Positions 50,446 to 63,783 of a stretch of DNA of 64,000 nt are shown in pieces. The position numbers were made by a program, and so were the translations under genes. Every line of letters begins with the position of its first letter. The stretch's first letter is position 1. This DNA comes from Lama guanicoe. Taxonomy: Eukaryota. Below the pieces are notes generated by a model. The model made no database searches and was not told the DNA's origin. It saw only the letters and a program-made list of their open reading frames with translations. The stretch is taken from assembly GCA_013239625.1 (NCBI GenBank), contig MU053934.1, positions 8,825,352 to 8,889,351 of the forward strand, written 5' to 3'.

Positions 50446-53224
50446 GTGGACAAACCTGAGAGAATCACACACATTCTCAACGCAAGCGTCTCTTTCCCCG
50501 AGGTTTATTTTGCAAACAACACTAGAGCAACAATAAAGCAAAGTTTAGCAAGAAGAAAAATCAACCACAAGCCGTCTGCTTTAACAGGTCGGTTGCTCCA
50601 TTCCCTGGGATCCTCATGCATACGATGGTGCCAATGGCATTGATGGTTCATGTTTTGCTCTCCAAACGTTTGGGGCTGATCTTATTCAAAGAGCCAGGCT
50701 GTGTCAAGAACAAATGCTCCCAGAGAACTGCTCCCGGGGACTTGTCAGAGGAGATGCCAGTTCTCCTGAGAGCCCCTGGCCACCAACCTTCTCTTCACTG
50801 AACCTCGTTTATTGTTCGTATAAGGGCACATGGGACTGAATGATTTCTGAGAGCCCCCCTTCCGTTAGTCTATGGTTCGACCCCAGTTGTTCATCCTTCC
50901 TCCTTGGCCCCCAAGAAGAAAAGACAATTTCTGGGGACATTTCAGGTAGAAGTAGCCCCACCTTGGGTAGATGAGCACAAAGTCCAAGGGGCAGGTTCAA
51001 AGGCTCTCCTACCCACCCTGTAATCCATTAAAAAAAATTTTCAGTCATGTGAGTGTGTCTTCAGCAGCTTCCTGGTCAGACTTCTGCCTTTATGTGACTC
51101 GTGTTTCTTGGAATTCTTGTTTCTCAGCCTTTTTCCAGCTGGAAAATTTAAATCCAACCATCCCCCATCAAGATTGCAACACTGAGTGCTTCTCACCTAC
51201 TATTCAGGCGTAGGAATGACCTGAAAAGGTCCAACTGGCCCGCTTTCCACCGTCTACCTGACACACAAAATATTTTCTCATCCTCAGCTATTGTCAGAAA
51301 TTCCACTGTTAGTACTCCGCTTTTTTTTTTAAATACTTCTCTGCTAAAATTCCCCCAGAGGGGATAACCTTAAAATTATTATTAGGCACCGATAAGTCGG
51401 GGAGAAGAAAGGATTCAGAGATTTTGAGAGAGGAAGTGCCTGATGGGTTTAGGAGTAGGGGAGATACATAATTAAAATTTCTTGAGGAACTGCTTTATGC
51501 CAGAAGATTCATGAATGTGGACAAGTTTAATCTTGAGCCTTGGAAGGCAATTAGTGTTGCCTCCTGTGTTGGGTGAGATAAGCAAACCCCAGAGAGGCTG
51601 AGTCATACTCAACATCACACAGCAAGTTAGACCTGGAGCCAGGATTCCAACCCTGGAGCCGGGAAGGAAGAGACAGCAATGCACACACCATCTGGCATTA
51701 GCTCCTCCCTTTTCTGGTTTCAGGAGGGTAGGTCCATTGGAGAATGGACACAGGATGATCAGTTTTGAAAGGAGAAGCCTCTCTTCCTGGAAATGCAGGG
51801 CATCGGGTCCTTCCTGGGAAGTACAATGGTACCCCTGGACGAGGAGGCGGGGCTGTGCTATTTGTGGGCAGGGATGAAATCGGGAAAGAATTTGATCATC
51901 AGGAGGGAGACCTGAGACCAAGTTTGAACTTGGCCAAGTCCCTTCTGCTCCAGAGCCCAGGGCCTCCCATCTGTCGATGAAGAGGTGAACTGCCTGTCCA
52001 GCCCCGACATGAGGGGAGGGCAGGTGAGTGAGCCAGGCCGAGAGCTAGAGACCCTGCCCTCCTGTTCCTGCCTCTCCCCGGCTCCTGCTCCCAGGGCTCC
52101 TGCCAGGAAGCCTTTCCCCTTTCCGTAACACACAGCCTTTGCCCCCATGGGGCGACAGGAATTGTGTTACCAGCCAACATTGTGTACTACTGCAAAATGC
52201 AAATGACAAAATTGAAAAGATGCCTCATTAAAGACCTACAAGATATAACATTAGGTCATCATTGTTTTTGGTTTGGTATTTAGAAAAGTTTCACTACCTT
52301 TGAGAACTCTTGAGTAGCAAGAATTCTGAGAATTCGGGGTAATTGATAAGAAATCAGAAGTTAAAAGTTCCTGGTACTTTGTCTTAGTTAGCAGACACGT
52401 ATGCAGGATGTGCTCCGTGCCAGGCACAGTTTTGTGACTTTACAAGTGGTCACACTGATTCCTGAGACTGAGAAACATCACTATCACGCCTCCACAGGCG
52501 TGCCAGCTGACGCCCACCCCCGAGAGCTTAGGTTCTATCTTCTCCACACCATCAAAGGCAGAGTCAAGGAGCCAAGTCAACTCAAGAACAAAATTTTAAA
52601 AATCCTTTCAGAATGTTTTTAGAAAAATGGCTCCATTTTACAAGGGTACATTCATGTTTGGGATGATGTGGGCAGAGCCTTCAAAAGCAAGAGGGCCTGA
52701 GGCCAACAAATGGCTAAAAGTGGCCCTGTCCTCACGGTCACTGTCCACTGGGGGCTGGGGGTGGTCGTGAAGGGGAGGGAGATGGCATTTCTTACACCCT
52801 CAGCACCGTGCCGAGCTCATTGTACTCAGCCCATCGAATGCTCAGCCTAACTGCAGGATGGCTGTCTCATCATCCCCATTGATAGGTGAGAAAACTGAGG
52901 CTCAGAGATGCCAAAGGGCTTATTCACAGGGCCAGGGGGCCGCAGAGCTGGGACTTGTGCCCCTGAGCCTTGAGAAGAAGGCAGTCACTGTATTTGAACA
53001 TCTGATATATTCAGTCCTACTCATGTATTCATCTCACACCTACTTTGTGAAAGCTCATTGCCCAATGTTTAGAGCCCCACGGATCTTCACACCCACGGGC
53101 ATCCTTTTCCAATGGAAATGTTTGGAGCAGTGGTGCATCGCAGGAGGGACAGGTAAGTGGCTGGATTAGAGAGAAAATTTTGGCACATTTAAGGCCCTGC
53201 CCCATGTAGGCCCTCAACCCTCAG

Positions 53225-53620
53225 GAGTTACAACCAGACAACACACTGGGTGCCTTACAAAAAAATTTATTCCCTCGTGGTTTTAGAGGCCACAAATCAG
53301 AAATCCAGGTGTGGGCAGGGCTGCGCTCCCTGCCTCTTCCAGCTCCTCGGGGCTCCAGGCAGTCCTTAGCTTGGGGTTGTGTCACTCCTTCCTCTGCCTC
53401 ATTGTCACATGGCCTTCCTGCTCTGTGTCTCTGTGGCTCAAATCTCCCTCTGCCTCCCTCTTACAAGGGCACTTGACATAGGATTTAGGGCCCACCCTAA
53501 ACCCAGGACACTCTCATCTCCAGAGCCGTAACTACAAAGACTTTTCCCCATAAAGTCACTCACAGTCACAGGTTTCAGGTACGCGTATCTTTGAGGGGTG
53601 CGGAGGGGCCACAATTTACC
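53225..53620 (-). mobile_element. MaLR LTR (MLT1B/C-like)
   Basis: gaaatccaggtgtgggcagggctgcgctccct...caaatctccctctgcct...ggatttagggcccaccc. Confidence 0.7.
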
Positions 53621-54569
53621 CCTTGGAGAGGTTTTTGCTACCTTTGTGGGTGAAGCATTTGTTCCCTCCTCTTCTTCACTCAGACCTGGATTTTTCCTCT
53701 GGGGCCCAAGCAGCCCCCAGTTCGGTCCCCGTCGGGTGAGCTCTTGAGCCTGGCCGGTCAGAGCAAAGCACCTCCCTGGCCGCAGTGACTGGTCCCGGGC
53801 TGGGCTGGTCAGAGCCAGTCCCAGGATGCTGGCTGTCTTCACAGTGGAGCTGCCGTGAGGAGAGCTGCCCGCAGCCACCCCGGGGAAGCAGGACGGGCAG
53901 ACTGGCTGGGAACTGGCTGAGCCCACACAGAGGACAGCAAAGAAATCACACCTTTATTTCACTAACTTCTATCTGACATCTAGGATTCCTTTTAGCATGA
54001 TTGCAGGCCACAGAGCACAGAAGCATCGCAAACCGCAGCAGTATCTGCAGCTTTGTTACCAGTGCCCAGGCAGGGTTCCCTGTCAGGTGAGTCAGATGTG
54101 GTTCCTGCCCTCCCAGGGAGCCCCAGGAGTCCCAGGCAGACGTGATCTCAGATGGGAGTATGTAAGAATGACCACGGAGAACTGGCGGGGACTGGAGTCA
54201 AGGAGGCCCGTGAGGGGGACGAAGCTGCTACAGGGAGCCGGGGAGGGGCCAGGAGTCCTGGGCTGGGGTTGTCCAGTGGGAATGGGGAATGGGAGAAGAC
54301 AGTCTAAGGATCAAGAAGAGGTCACAGTGGCAGCCTTGGGGGCCAGTGTGATGTGTAGCGTGAACCCCCGTGCCTCATTCTGAGGCCTCTCCCTTTTCCA
54401 GCTTCCAGCACACCACCCTTATCCCCCCCATCAGCTCTTCCCGGCACTTCCTCGAGGCTCTGTCCTGAGCCCATCTCCTCAGTCCCCTGGTGCCAACCTC
54501 CATCACGCACCAGTGACGGCCCACATCTGCCTCACCTCCAGGGCTGGAGGCCACAGGAACTCATCCCCC

Positions 54570-54790
54570 TGACTCCCCTTGTCTTTAAGACTCCTCCTTT
54601 GATGAGCTACTGGATTAAATCTGGCTCACCCCCAGATGAACTCAACTGATTAGGGGCCTTAGTTACACCTACCAAATTCCCTTTTGCATCTAATATAACA
54701 CAATTATGGGAGTGATATCCCGTCATATCTATAGATCTCACTCAAACTCGCAGGGAGAAAAGTATACAAGGCTACTGGTGGTCATTTTCT
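54570..54790 (-). mobile_element. MaLR LTR fragment (MLT1F-like)
   Basis: tcaactgattaggggccttagttacacct...gggagtgatatcccgtcatat. Confidence 0.5.
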
Positions 54791-56599
54791 GCAATGAACA
54801 GCCCCTTCATGGGGTCTCCCAGCCTGGACAACCAGGTGATTTTTCATCTGTTCCTCTGCCTGTCTATCTATCTGTCACTGATTTATCTTTCCTTCTTTTT
54901 TATTATCCTTTTTTTTCTGATTAATACAAATTATTTCAAATGAACCCAAAAGCAGAGTGAACAGTACAATGGACACGCCTTGTACCCACCACCTAGACTT
55001 CAACAATTGTAACATCTTGCCTGTTCTCTTCGCTTGTCTTTTTCCTTAATATTTTAAAGTCAATTTCAGACATGGTGATTGTTCAATCCTAAATGCTTCA
55101 ATATGTGCATTGATTTTTTAAATGGATATTTTCCTCCATAACCACAATATCATCATCACCCCAGTGAAATTCATATTAACCCTCTGAGCCTTTTTAAACC
55201 CCAGTTACATTCAGATTTATCTTAGCAGAATGTTTTTTATCAGCTGGGTGTTGAATCCGGAGAGGGTGATCTCTTCAACATCAAAATCTGAACGTGTCAC
55301 CTCCTGTCTGGCACTGTGTGCTTTCCCTGGTCCTGTAGGTGGCAGAACGTATCAACCCCCTTGTGTCTCTCTTCTCACCCCTGCCCTCTTGCCCACTGAC
55401 TTTCTTACTGTTTCTCAATGGGCCTCCATCCTTCCAGCCGCAAGACCTACGGGTCCACCTTATCTTCCATCTGGAACTTACTTTGTGCTTTCTCATCCTT
55501 CCCATCCATCATTTCCAGCCATCATTTCCCCAGGCAAGCCCCCTGGAGGCCCTGAACCTGGTCCAGGTCCTGTCTCATCTGATCTCTTGGAATCCTGTTT
55601 CTGCCCTGATTCACCCCTGTCCTCCGAGCACCCACCTCCGTCCATGACGACCCATTCAGAGTGTGATTTCTTGACTACTCCTCCACCAGCCTGGGGACTG
55701 AGAGTGCAGACATGTCTGTCTGCTCACCAATATACCCCCATTTCCTGGCCTGGAGCTGGCACATAGCAGGTGCTCAGTAAACACACGTCGAGTCAGTGGA
55801 TACATGTAACGCAGAGTGAACCAGGCTGCGGGTGAGGACCGCACCATCACTGGAGGAGTCTGAAAGCCCCTGCTGGCCAGAGGAGAGTTGATGACAGAAG
55901 GGCGTGACCCCCAGAGGGACAGGGCCAGTCATGGGAGTGCTGCTACTCCAGAGGGCATCAGGGACACGAGCAGCCCACCGTAAGCACTCAGAACACCCAG
56001 TCCCTACCTCTCCTGATTCCCACCACCTGAGACCCCACAGCAAGGCCAGCCAGAGCCACCTTCCTTCTCCCTGGCACTGCTCTCAAAGGGAAGGGGTCAC
56101 TTTGATGAGGGAACCCCAGGCAGCGTGAGTTGCTGGCAAGGTCCATGTGATGGCCAGGGCCTCCACGCTGCTTCCTTCAGTCCCTTCCCCTCAGCAGCCC
56201 GAATGACATTCCCAAAACTGAACTTGGATCCCATCATTCCTGCTTCCATCTCATGTAAAATAAAACCCCAATTCTTCATCTCTGTCTACACAGCCCTGCA
56301 TGATCCAGGGCCTACCGACCTCACCAGGCTCTCCTAGAACCAAACCAACAGAGTGATGCCACAGAGAGGGGCCAGGGGCTGCCTGCGAGCAGGAGCCTCT
56401 CTTGGTGGAGGAGACACTGACCTGGAGAGCATCTCGGGGCAGAGGGTTCTGGGCCTGGACAGAGGCAGGAGGTGTCCAGCTAAGTCAAGCAAGGAGGTCT
56501 ACATGGGAGACAGAGAGGACAGGCAGGGCCCAGAGCAGGTGGCCCAAAGACAGACTTCTCTTTGGTACACTCAGTATATTAAAAATATTTGAGTTAGTT

Positions 56600-58175
56600 G
56601 GAACAGGACTGGAAGTCCCCAGATAGATCCACACATATATAGTCAATTGATTTTTGACAGAAGGACCAAAGCAATTCAGTGGGGAAAGAAAAGTGTTTCA
56701 ACAAATTGTGTTGGATCAATTTGGACGTCCAGATGCCAAAAAAATATATATATATATTTTTAACTCTGACCTCACACAATATCCAAAAAAAAATTTTTAG
56801 GTCTATGATCCATTTCATAGACCTAAATGGAACAATTAAAACTGAAACTGCTAGGAGAAAGCACCACAGAAAATCTTAGTGACCTTGAGTCACTAAGGCA
56901 AACATGTCCAGAACAGTGCACGGAAAGCATGCCCTGTAAAAGGAGTAATTGCTAAACTGGACTTTATCCAAATTGAAAATTTTTGCTCTTTGCAAAGCAT
57001 ATATCCAACAAAGGACGTGTATCTACAACGAGGTTTCTCAGCCTTTTTTCACCCCTCCCTCCCCCATGGAGCCTTTTTAGGCACTTTTTTTCCAAATCGC
57101 CCCCATGAAATTTTAATAGCACAGATATCTGCTTCTGTACTGTATGTATATTCATGCTTTTTATATAAAAAGAGTATGATTTTTTTCACTTCCTCAGAAC
57201 CAATTTTCACCCCCTTGGGGGCAATATTGCCCCCACTGAAACTATATGATCAAGAATATAAAAAGAACTCCATGGTCAGACTATAAGAAGACAGACAATC
57301 CAATTTTCTTTTTAATGGGCAAATGATTTGAATAAACCTTTCACCACAGAAGATACAGGGATGACAAATGAGCACATGAAAAAAAGTGCAGCCGCGTTAG
57401 TCATTAGGGACTGAGCTCTCCTAACGAGGCACCACTGCACACACACTGGGATGGTGAGCGTTTAAGAGACCGACTGTCCCAAGTGCCAGCGAGGACGTGG
57501 AGGAACTGAAATGCCCATACGTTGCTGGTGGGGCTGTAAACCTATGTCCACTCTGGAAAACACTTTGGCAGCTTCTTCAGAAGTTAAACACATACCTTCC
57601 ACATGACCCAGCGCTTCCACTCCCAAGATTTACCCAAGAGAAATGAAAGCACATGTTCTTACAGAGACGTGTGCGTGAATGTTCAGGGGAGCTTAAGTGT
57701 AACAGCTAAAAGGAAAAAAGTGAAAGCAACGCGCTGTCCACCACAGATGGCGAGATCGACTGATGGTACATCCTTGCAAGGGAATACTGCTCAGCAGTAA
57801 AATGGAACGAACTCAATACATGTAACCACGTGGATGATGCTCAAAGTCATTGTAGTGAGTGAAAGAAGCCAGGCCACAAAGAGATTCCATGTACATGAAA
57901 TTCTAAAAATGCCATTGCATCTATAGTGACGGAAGCAGACCTGTGGCTGGCGGGGCAGAGGGTGGAGCAGACGGGAGGGGAGGGTGAAGAAGGATGGGCT
58001 ACCGAGGGGCACAGAGGGATTTCAGAGGTGATGGAATCGGTCATGATCTTGACTGCAGTGGTACATTCACATACATATGCGTACATGTATGTCAAACGTC
58101 ACATCCATGCCAAACTCATCAGATCATGTATTTTAAATATGTGTGGTTTACTATATGTCAGTTATACCTCAAAAA
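56600..58175 (+). mobile_element. Old L1 (L1MC-like) ORF2 3' part and 3' UTR with a MER96B-like insertion (~57025-57243)
   Basis: tcaattgatttttgac, gtcattaggga, agtgaaagaagccagg, tatgtcagttatacctcaa; insert ccaattttcacccccttgggggcaatattgccccc. Confidence 0.7.
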
Positions 58176-59750
58176 TCTGGAAATTGCCAATCTTGAAAGT
58201 GGGGCAATGTCAATTTTTTTAAAAATCCATATTTCTGACCTTACTTGAAAAACGTGACTAGCTGCATGTGGCTCTCCCGTCGGCTGGAGTTGAGGACCCA
58301 GGGCCCCTCTGGACCGTCCCCAGCTGGCCTTGGCCCCACTCCTCAGATTTCTCTCCACACTGCGTCACCGTCTCAGCAAACTGATGGCCCGGGACAGTCG
58401 CTGGGGAGCGGGGGCTGGGACTTGAGCAGGGGTGACCCAGGTTCGTTCCTCCAGGCCCCTGTCAGGTGGCCCAGCAAGCCCCCCGTGTCTAGCTGCAGCT
58501 GTGGGTTGCCAGGCATGGTTAAGAAGAGGCTTAAACGCCAGAACAGTGATGGCGCCCTTAATTCCCAGTGGACACCACACTCGCCTAGGCAGTACCATCC
58601 CCCTGTTTTACAGAATACCCCAGCAGAGCCTCTGGCGGGTGAGGGGTTCAGGGTGGCAGGAATTGTGCAGGAACTCCTTTGGTCATTATTTCTGGGTCTG
58701 TGACACAGAGCCTGAAGCCAGGCTGGCCCAGAGCCAGTGTGAGCCAAGCTCTGCCCACACGCCCTCTCCCTCCCTCCTGAGGGACACAGGGGACAGGCCT
58801 CACTCAGGCCTGCAGCTCAGTGCTCCGACTGGTCCAGCTGTGGTAAATACTTGCAGAACTGGCCTGCGTGGCTTTGGCCACATCCCTTCCCCTCTTCCCT
58901 GCCTTGGTTTCTCCATCTCTGAGGGGGAGGTAGTCTAGACGCTTCCCAGGGGCGGTAATATTCTAGGATTCCTTGAGAACACGTCTCCTCTCCACCGCTT
59001 CCCCGCTCGGAGCTGCTAATTACCAAAATGAGAAACATGACCCTCAAAAGTCCAAAGTCCAACCTGCCACCCGGAATTTGCCCAGAGCTCTGTGCTCTGG
59101 TTGGTTAACCAAATCTACTCTGGGGAAAACTTGAGACCCCAGGAATCTTGGGGAGTCAGGGGAATCTTTCACCTTTGACCCCTCACTATTCCTGGGCACT
59201 GAGTGGGTAAGAGAAAGATACTCTATTTCCCTTTGTGCTTTGGTCTCCAGGAAGCTCAGAGGCACCTCTCCTTGACTTTAGAAATGCTGGAGGCTCTCCT
59301 GTATCTACTCCTAGGCTTGCCTCCTTTCAACTCCTAAGCAATGAGAGGGGACGTCTGGACACACATGCCCACACTTGGTCCTTCCTGATGCCACATGGAA
59401 GGAGGGCTAGAATCAGGAAGACCTGCGGGAGTTGATCCGGGTGGCCTAGGAGAGAGCGACCCCAAGGTAATTAGCATAAATTTCAAGTTAAATCATGCAT
59501 GAGCCAGAATGACTTCTCTGTACCTCAGTATGTGAATATTTCTTCATCATAAATTAAAACTATTTTACAAGGGCGTGTATAAAGGCAAATGTATCAAAAT
59601 TACTTGCTAAAACATTTTCCTCCTCTAAAAGTTCATTCTGTTTCTTCTGATTTGAATAGAACTTGGGGAAGTCAGCCAGGCGGGATCTGGGATCTGGCCT
59701 ACCCCCGCCCCGCCACCACCGCGCCCCCTCCCTGTCCGAACCGCGCGCAG

Positions 59751-59769
59751 GCGCCGCCAGGGGGCGCCC
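59751..59769 (+). promoter_or_regulatory. Consensus CTCF site in a small CpG-rich patch
   Basis: GCGCCGCCAGGGGGCGCCC contains the canonical CCGCCAGGGGGCGC core; local CpG retention at 59700-59800. Confidence 0.7.
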
Positions 59770-60363
59770 GACACCAGCGAGCGGCCCCACGACAGCCGCA
59801 AGGGGACAAGAGAGGGGTGCTGTGCTCTGCAGGTGGGGCGGTACTCTGGGGGCTCCGGTCCATCCCCTACAGCCCCCCTGCACCAGAAACCCACTTTGTG
59901 CATTTCATGGCCCCTCTTCCCCCTACAAGACCCAGTACCACAGCCTCCAGGAAGTCCTCCGGGCCTCAGGCTGGGCCAGGCGCCTCCCTTGAGTTCCCAC
60001 AGTCCCCTCCAGCCCTATCCACACTGTCAGTCACCCAGGGATGAGGCTGGGTCACCCATGACCCTAGAACAGCCACTCAGAAAGTGGTTTTCAGGTGAAC
60101 ACATCTGGGAGCTGGAGCCCCATGAAGCTTTCCTGGGTTGTTCGTTGGTGGAAGTCCTGGCCCCCACCGCACCCTTGCTGAAGGCCTGAGTGGCCACAGA
60201 CCCTCATTAACTGGGCTCCTCGCCTCCTACCCCCACCCATCCTCTCTGTCTGTACCTTCTGAGGACTGATTAGTCCTCTTCCAGAGCCGGAGGAACGCGC
60301 CCTCTGGGCCTGCAGGCCGCCCTCCACCCCAGGCCCTTTGCACCTACAGGCCCCTCCACCAAG

Positions 60364-60724
60364 TGTTAGGCAGTTTAGATAGAATGAGCACTGGGCAGGG
60401 GGAGCAGAAGGGGACAGGAACAACCCAGAACACAAGGAACCTGACCTGTCAATTAACCAGAGGCAGGGACCATGAGTTGTCGATCAATCAATCAATCAAT
60501 CACAAACCCAGAATATCAAAACAGGAGAAACAAAGGAATGGTGCCATTTTTCCCTCCCTTGGATTGGCCGGCTCTCAGCTCTTGGGAGTGTACCATCTTT
60601 TACTATTTTTTTACTTCACTAATAAAAATCTTGCTTATATCACACTTTCTGTCTCTGGTCAAAAATTCTTTTTTCCAGATGACTGAGAACCAAGGTAATT
60701 CTTACTTCCCTTTCTGCGGTAACA
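60364..60724 (+). mobile_element. Solo ERV LTR
   Basis: Terminal inverted ends TGTTA...TAACA, internal AATAAA followed by a U5-like segment, near-perfect 4-bp TSD caag/ctag. Confidence 0.65.
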
Positions 60725-61239
60725 CTAGTACTGCTTCCTGATCAACTTGGGTGGGGGGGTCGTTTGTGAGGCTCACCTTCAGTTTGTGAGCAATAATAAA
60801 GTGCTCAGAGACGTGGAGAATGATTTCTTACGGCTGGTAAGTTAGGATTCCAGTGATCGCTGTAATAATCGGCTTCACTCATGAGTTTGGAACTTGCAGG
60901 CGTGGCTGGCCCTGCAGGCTTGGTGTGTCTGCCCACCAGGTGGTTTCAGAAAGGCTGGGGTCACGTGCTGTAGCACTCAGCCTCCACTCCAGGGTCCCCT
61001 GCTGGCCTCAGGCTCACATGCGCCCCATGTAGGTGGTTCACAGCACAGGCTGGAACGAGACTGCCTGGGTTCGAATCCCAGCTCCAGCTCTGGCTGGCTG
61101 TGTGACTTTAGGGAGGCTCCTGGACTTCTCTGTGCTTCCATTACGTCATTGTGAAATGGGATGGTGATATCAGAGCTACCCCTCCCTCATTCTCGGAGGA
61201 TTAACAAGCCCAGCACAGAGGAAGTGCTCGAAGGGTGAG

Positions 61240-61355
61240 TCATAAAGGAATCAGCCACATCCTTGATCTTGGACGTCCAGCCTCCAGAACTGTGAGAAAA
61301 TAACCGTCTGTGGTTCAGGCCGTCCAGTCCACGGGCCCCTGATACGGCAGCCCGT
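61240..61355 (+). mobile_element. MLT1 LTR 3' fragment
   Basis: ccttgatcttggacgtccagcctccagaactgtgagaaaataa. Confidence 0.6.
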
Positions 61356-62085
61356 CACACAGCGTTGAGAGGCAGAGCTGGTGCTGGGCTCCAAGCCCCC
61401 CAGGCCGGGGCTTCCCCCATTCCATTTTCTCTGCTGTTTAGAAGGATGGCTTTCATCTCCTCCCTGTCTGTTTCCTGAGGGGCCCTGACATGCCCCTGCC
61501 TACTGGCCTGGGACTTGGCATAGGGACCCAGGCTGCGTTTCCAACCCCTGCAGATTTGAAGCCTGGCTTTTGTTCTCTCTGGCCCCTCAGCTTTCCCGAG
61601 GTTGAATCCTAACCTATAAAAACAGGATGGTGGGACCCACTTCCCCAGATGATCTGAGGGCCAGCCACTCACGACATCACTCTCCAAACACCTGGGGGCC
61701 AGGAGCCCCTCCTGGGGCACCAAGGCTGCCCTCAGGAAGGTTACGTTCTGGATGAACACACAGACATCGAACATATGCCTCAAATAACCCCCAACGTGTC
61801 AGCCCCAGAAAGCTCCAGCAGAGCCTGGCACACAGGCAGTCCAGCTGAGATGCCTGAGACACCCTCCGTACTCATCTCTCTGGGAGCCTGCAGCTCTGAG
61901 ACTCAGTGTTTCTGGGCTGGATCAGCTGCCCTTCCTCCAAGCTGTTCCAGTTTCACCAGACCAGCTGGAGGCCCTTTCCTAAGGGTGTCATTGGCCCCTT
62001 GTGCCTGGGGGTGAGCAGGCCCCAGGGTGATATCCACCCAGCCTGAGCCCGTGGTCCTACCCTGCACCCCCAACACCATGGCCCA

Positions 62086-62511
62086 TGGGGGGCTGGAGGG
62101 TGGCCCCCAAAGAGGTGTCTACCTCCTAATCCCCAGAATCTGTGAATATTCCTTTACAAGGCAAAGAGGATGAATGAAGATATGGCGAGAAGGAATTTCT
62201 ACTGGGTTGTCTGAGTGGGCGGTAAACGCAGCCACGTCTCTCAGAAGAGAGGCGCAGAGGTTGTTCAGAGACGGGGCTGGGGGGAGGCCATGTGACCGCA
62301 GAGGCAGAGACTGGAGCCCAGGAATACCTGCAGCCCCCAGAGACGGGAAGAACAGGAGAAAGATTCTCCCCTGGAGCCTCCGAGGGAGCTCGGCCCTGCC
62401 CACACTTTGATTTCAGACTTTTGGTCCTGGAACAGTAAGAGAGTACATTTCTGTTGCTTTAAGCCACCAGGTTGCAGTAATTTGTTATAGCAGCTGTAGG
62501 AAGCTAACACA
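62086..62511 (+). mobile_element. MaLR LTR (MLT1B/C-like)
   Basis: gtggcccccaaaga...ctaatccccagaatctgtgaat...gattctcccctggagcctcc...tttgttatagcagctgtaggaagctaacaca. Confidence 0.75.
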
Positions 62512-62594
62512 CCCACCTTGCAAATGGGCTAGTAGGAGTCCCCACCGCCCAGGATCGTGGCCAGGACCGGATGCATGGCATAGACTTCTTTGGA

Positions 62595-63185
62595 CACACA
62601 TATACCACAGCTTCTTTGTCCAGTCATCTGTCAGTGGACTTTTAGGTTGTTTCCATGTCTTGGCTACTGTAAATAGTGCTGCTATGTATACAACGGAATA
62701 CTTACTACTCAGCCGTAAAAAAGAATAAAATAATGCCATTTGCTGCAACATGGATGGACCTGCAGATTGTCATTCTAAGTCAAGTCAGAAAGAGAAAGAC
62801 AAACACCATTATCACTCATATGTGGAATCTAAAAAAAGACACAAATGAACTTATTTACAGAACAGAAACAGACTCACAGACAGAGAAAACAAACTTATCA
62901 TTACCGAGGGGGAAAGAGGGTGGGAGGGGATAAACTGGGAGTTCGATAAATTTGCAGATACTAACTAATATATATATGTATGTTTGTATATATAAATAAA
63001 TAAAATAGATAAACAACAAGGTCCTAATGTATAGCACAGGGAACTATACTCAATATCTTACAGTAACCTCTAATGAAAAAGAGTATGAAAAGGAATATAT
63101 GTGTGTACATGTACGACTGAAACATGATGCTGTACACCAGAAATTAACATAACACTCTAAACTGACTATCCTCCAATTAAAAAAA
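62595..63185 (+). mobile_element. Young L1 3' end with 5' inversion
   Basis: 62595-62686 antisense L1, 62687-63185 sense L1 3' end with A-tail; TSD ttctttgga on both sides. Confidence 0.8.
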
Positions 63186-63333
63186 TTCTTTGGAATAACA
63201 CATACCTACCACATAGTAGGGGCTAAATACAGGAGTCTTCTCTCCTGACCACCTTGGCCACCAGCTTGGAGGGCAAACCAAGGTCTGAGCAGGGCCGACC
63301 ACAGGGACAGAGCAGGTGAGCTGCGACTGATTT

Positions 63334-63783
63334 TGCTACCAGCCTGGGTTCTGGACGCTAATCAATAGAAATGGGTAAGATGCTAGAGTAGGAACTCAGG
63401 CAAGGCTTCATTGGGACGTGCAGCACGAGGGAGCCAAACAAGTAACAGGTGCCCTGCTTGCTCCCTGACTGGAGGGGGGAGGGGGCCGTGAGCTAGTCCC
63501 ATAAATTGGGCGGGCGGGGGCGCGGCTTGGGTGGTCTGCCCACCCGCTCGGTGGCGCTGTGTGCAGGGATCGTGCGTGGTACCCTGTGCTTGCTCCCGAC
63601 ACTTCAGAAGTGGCAGTTGGGTTTTGATCTTTTCGTATCTTTGGCTCATAATCTGCCCCAGCTGCGCACACATATGTGCAGTCATTTTCATTCCCATAGA
63701 GTTTCTCCGTATTCTGTTGCTGGAGGAGAGTTTGTCCAGGTGCCAACACTGCTGTAAAGGGTCCCAGGTCCCAGCCTGTCTCA
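63334..63783 (-). mobile_element. Solo ERV1-type LTR (cetartiodactyl family)
   Basis: Minus strand starts TGAGACAGGCTGGGACCTGGGACCC and ends ...GGTAGCA; near-perfect 4-bp TSD attt/gttt. Confidence 0.65.

Noticed and set aside
62485..63037. ORFs with L1-like peptides (IAALFTVAKTWKQPK, IMPFAATWMDL)
   Set aside because: Fragments of the L1 ORF2 C-terminus in a truncated, inverted insertion; not a gene
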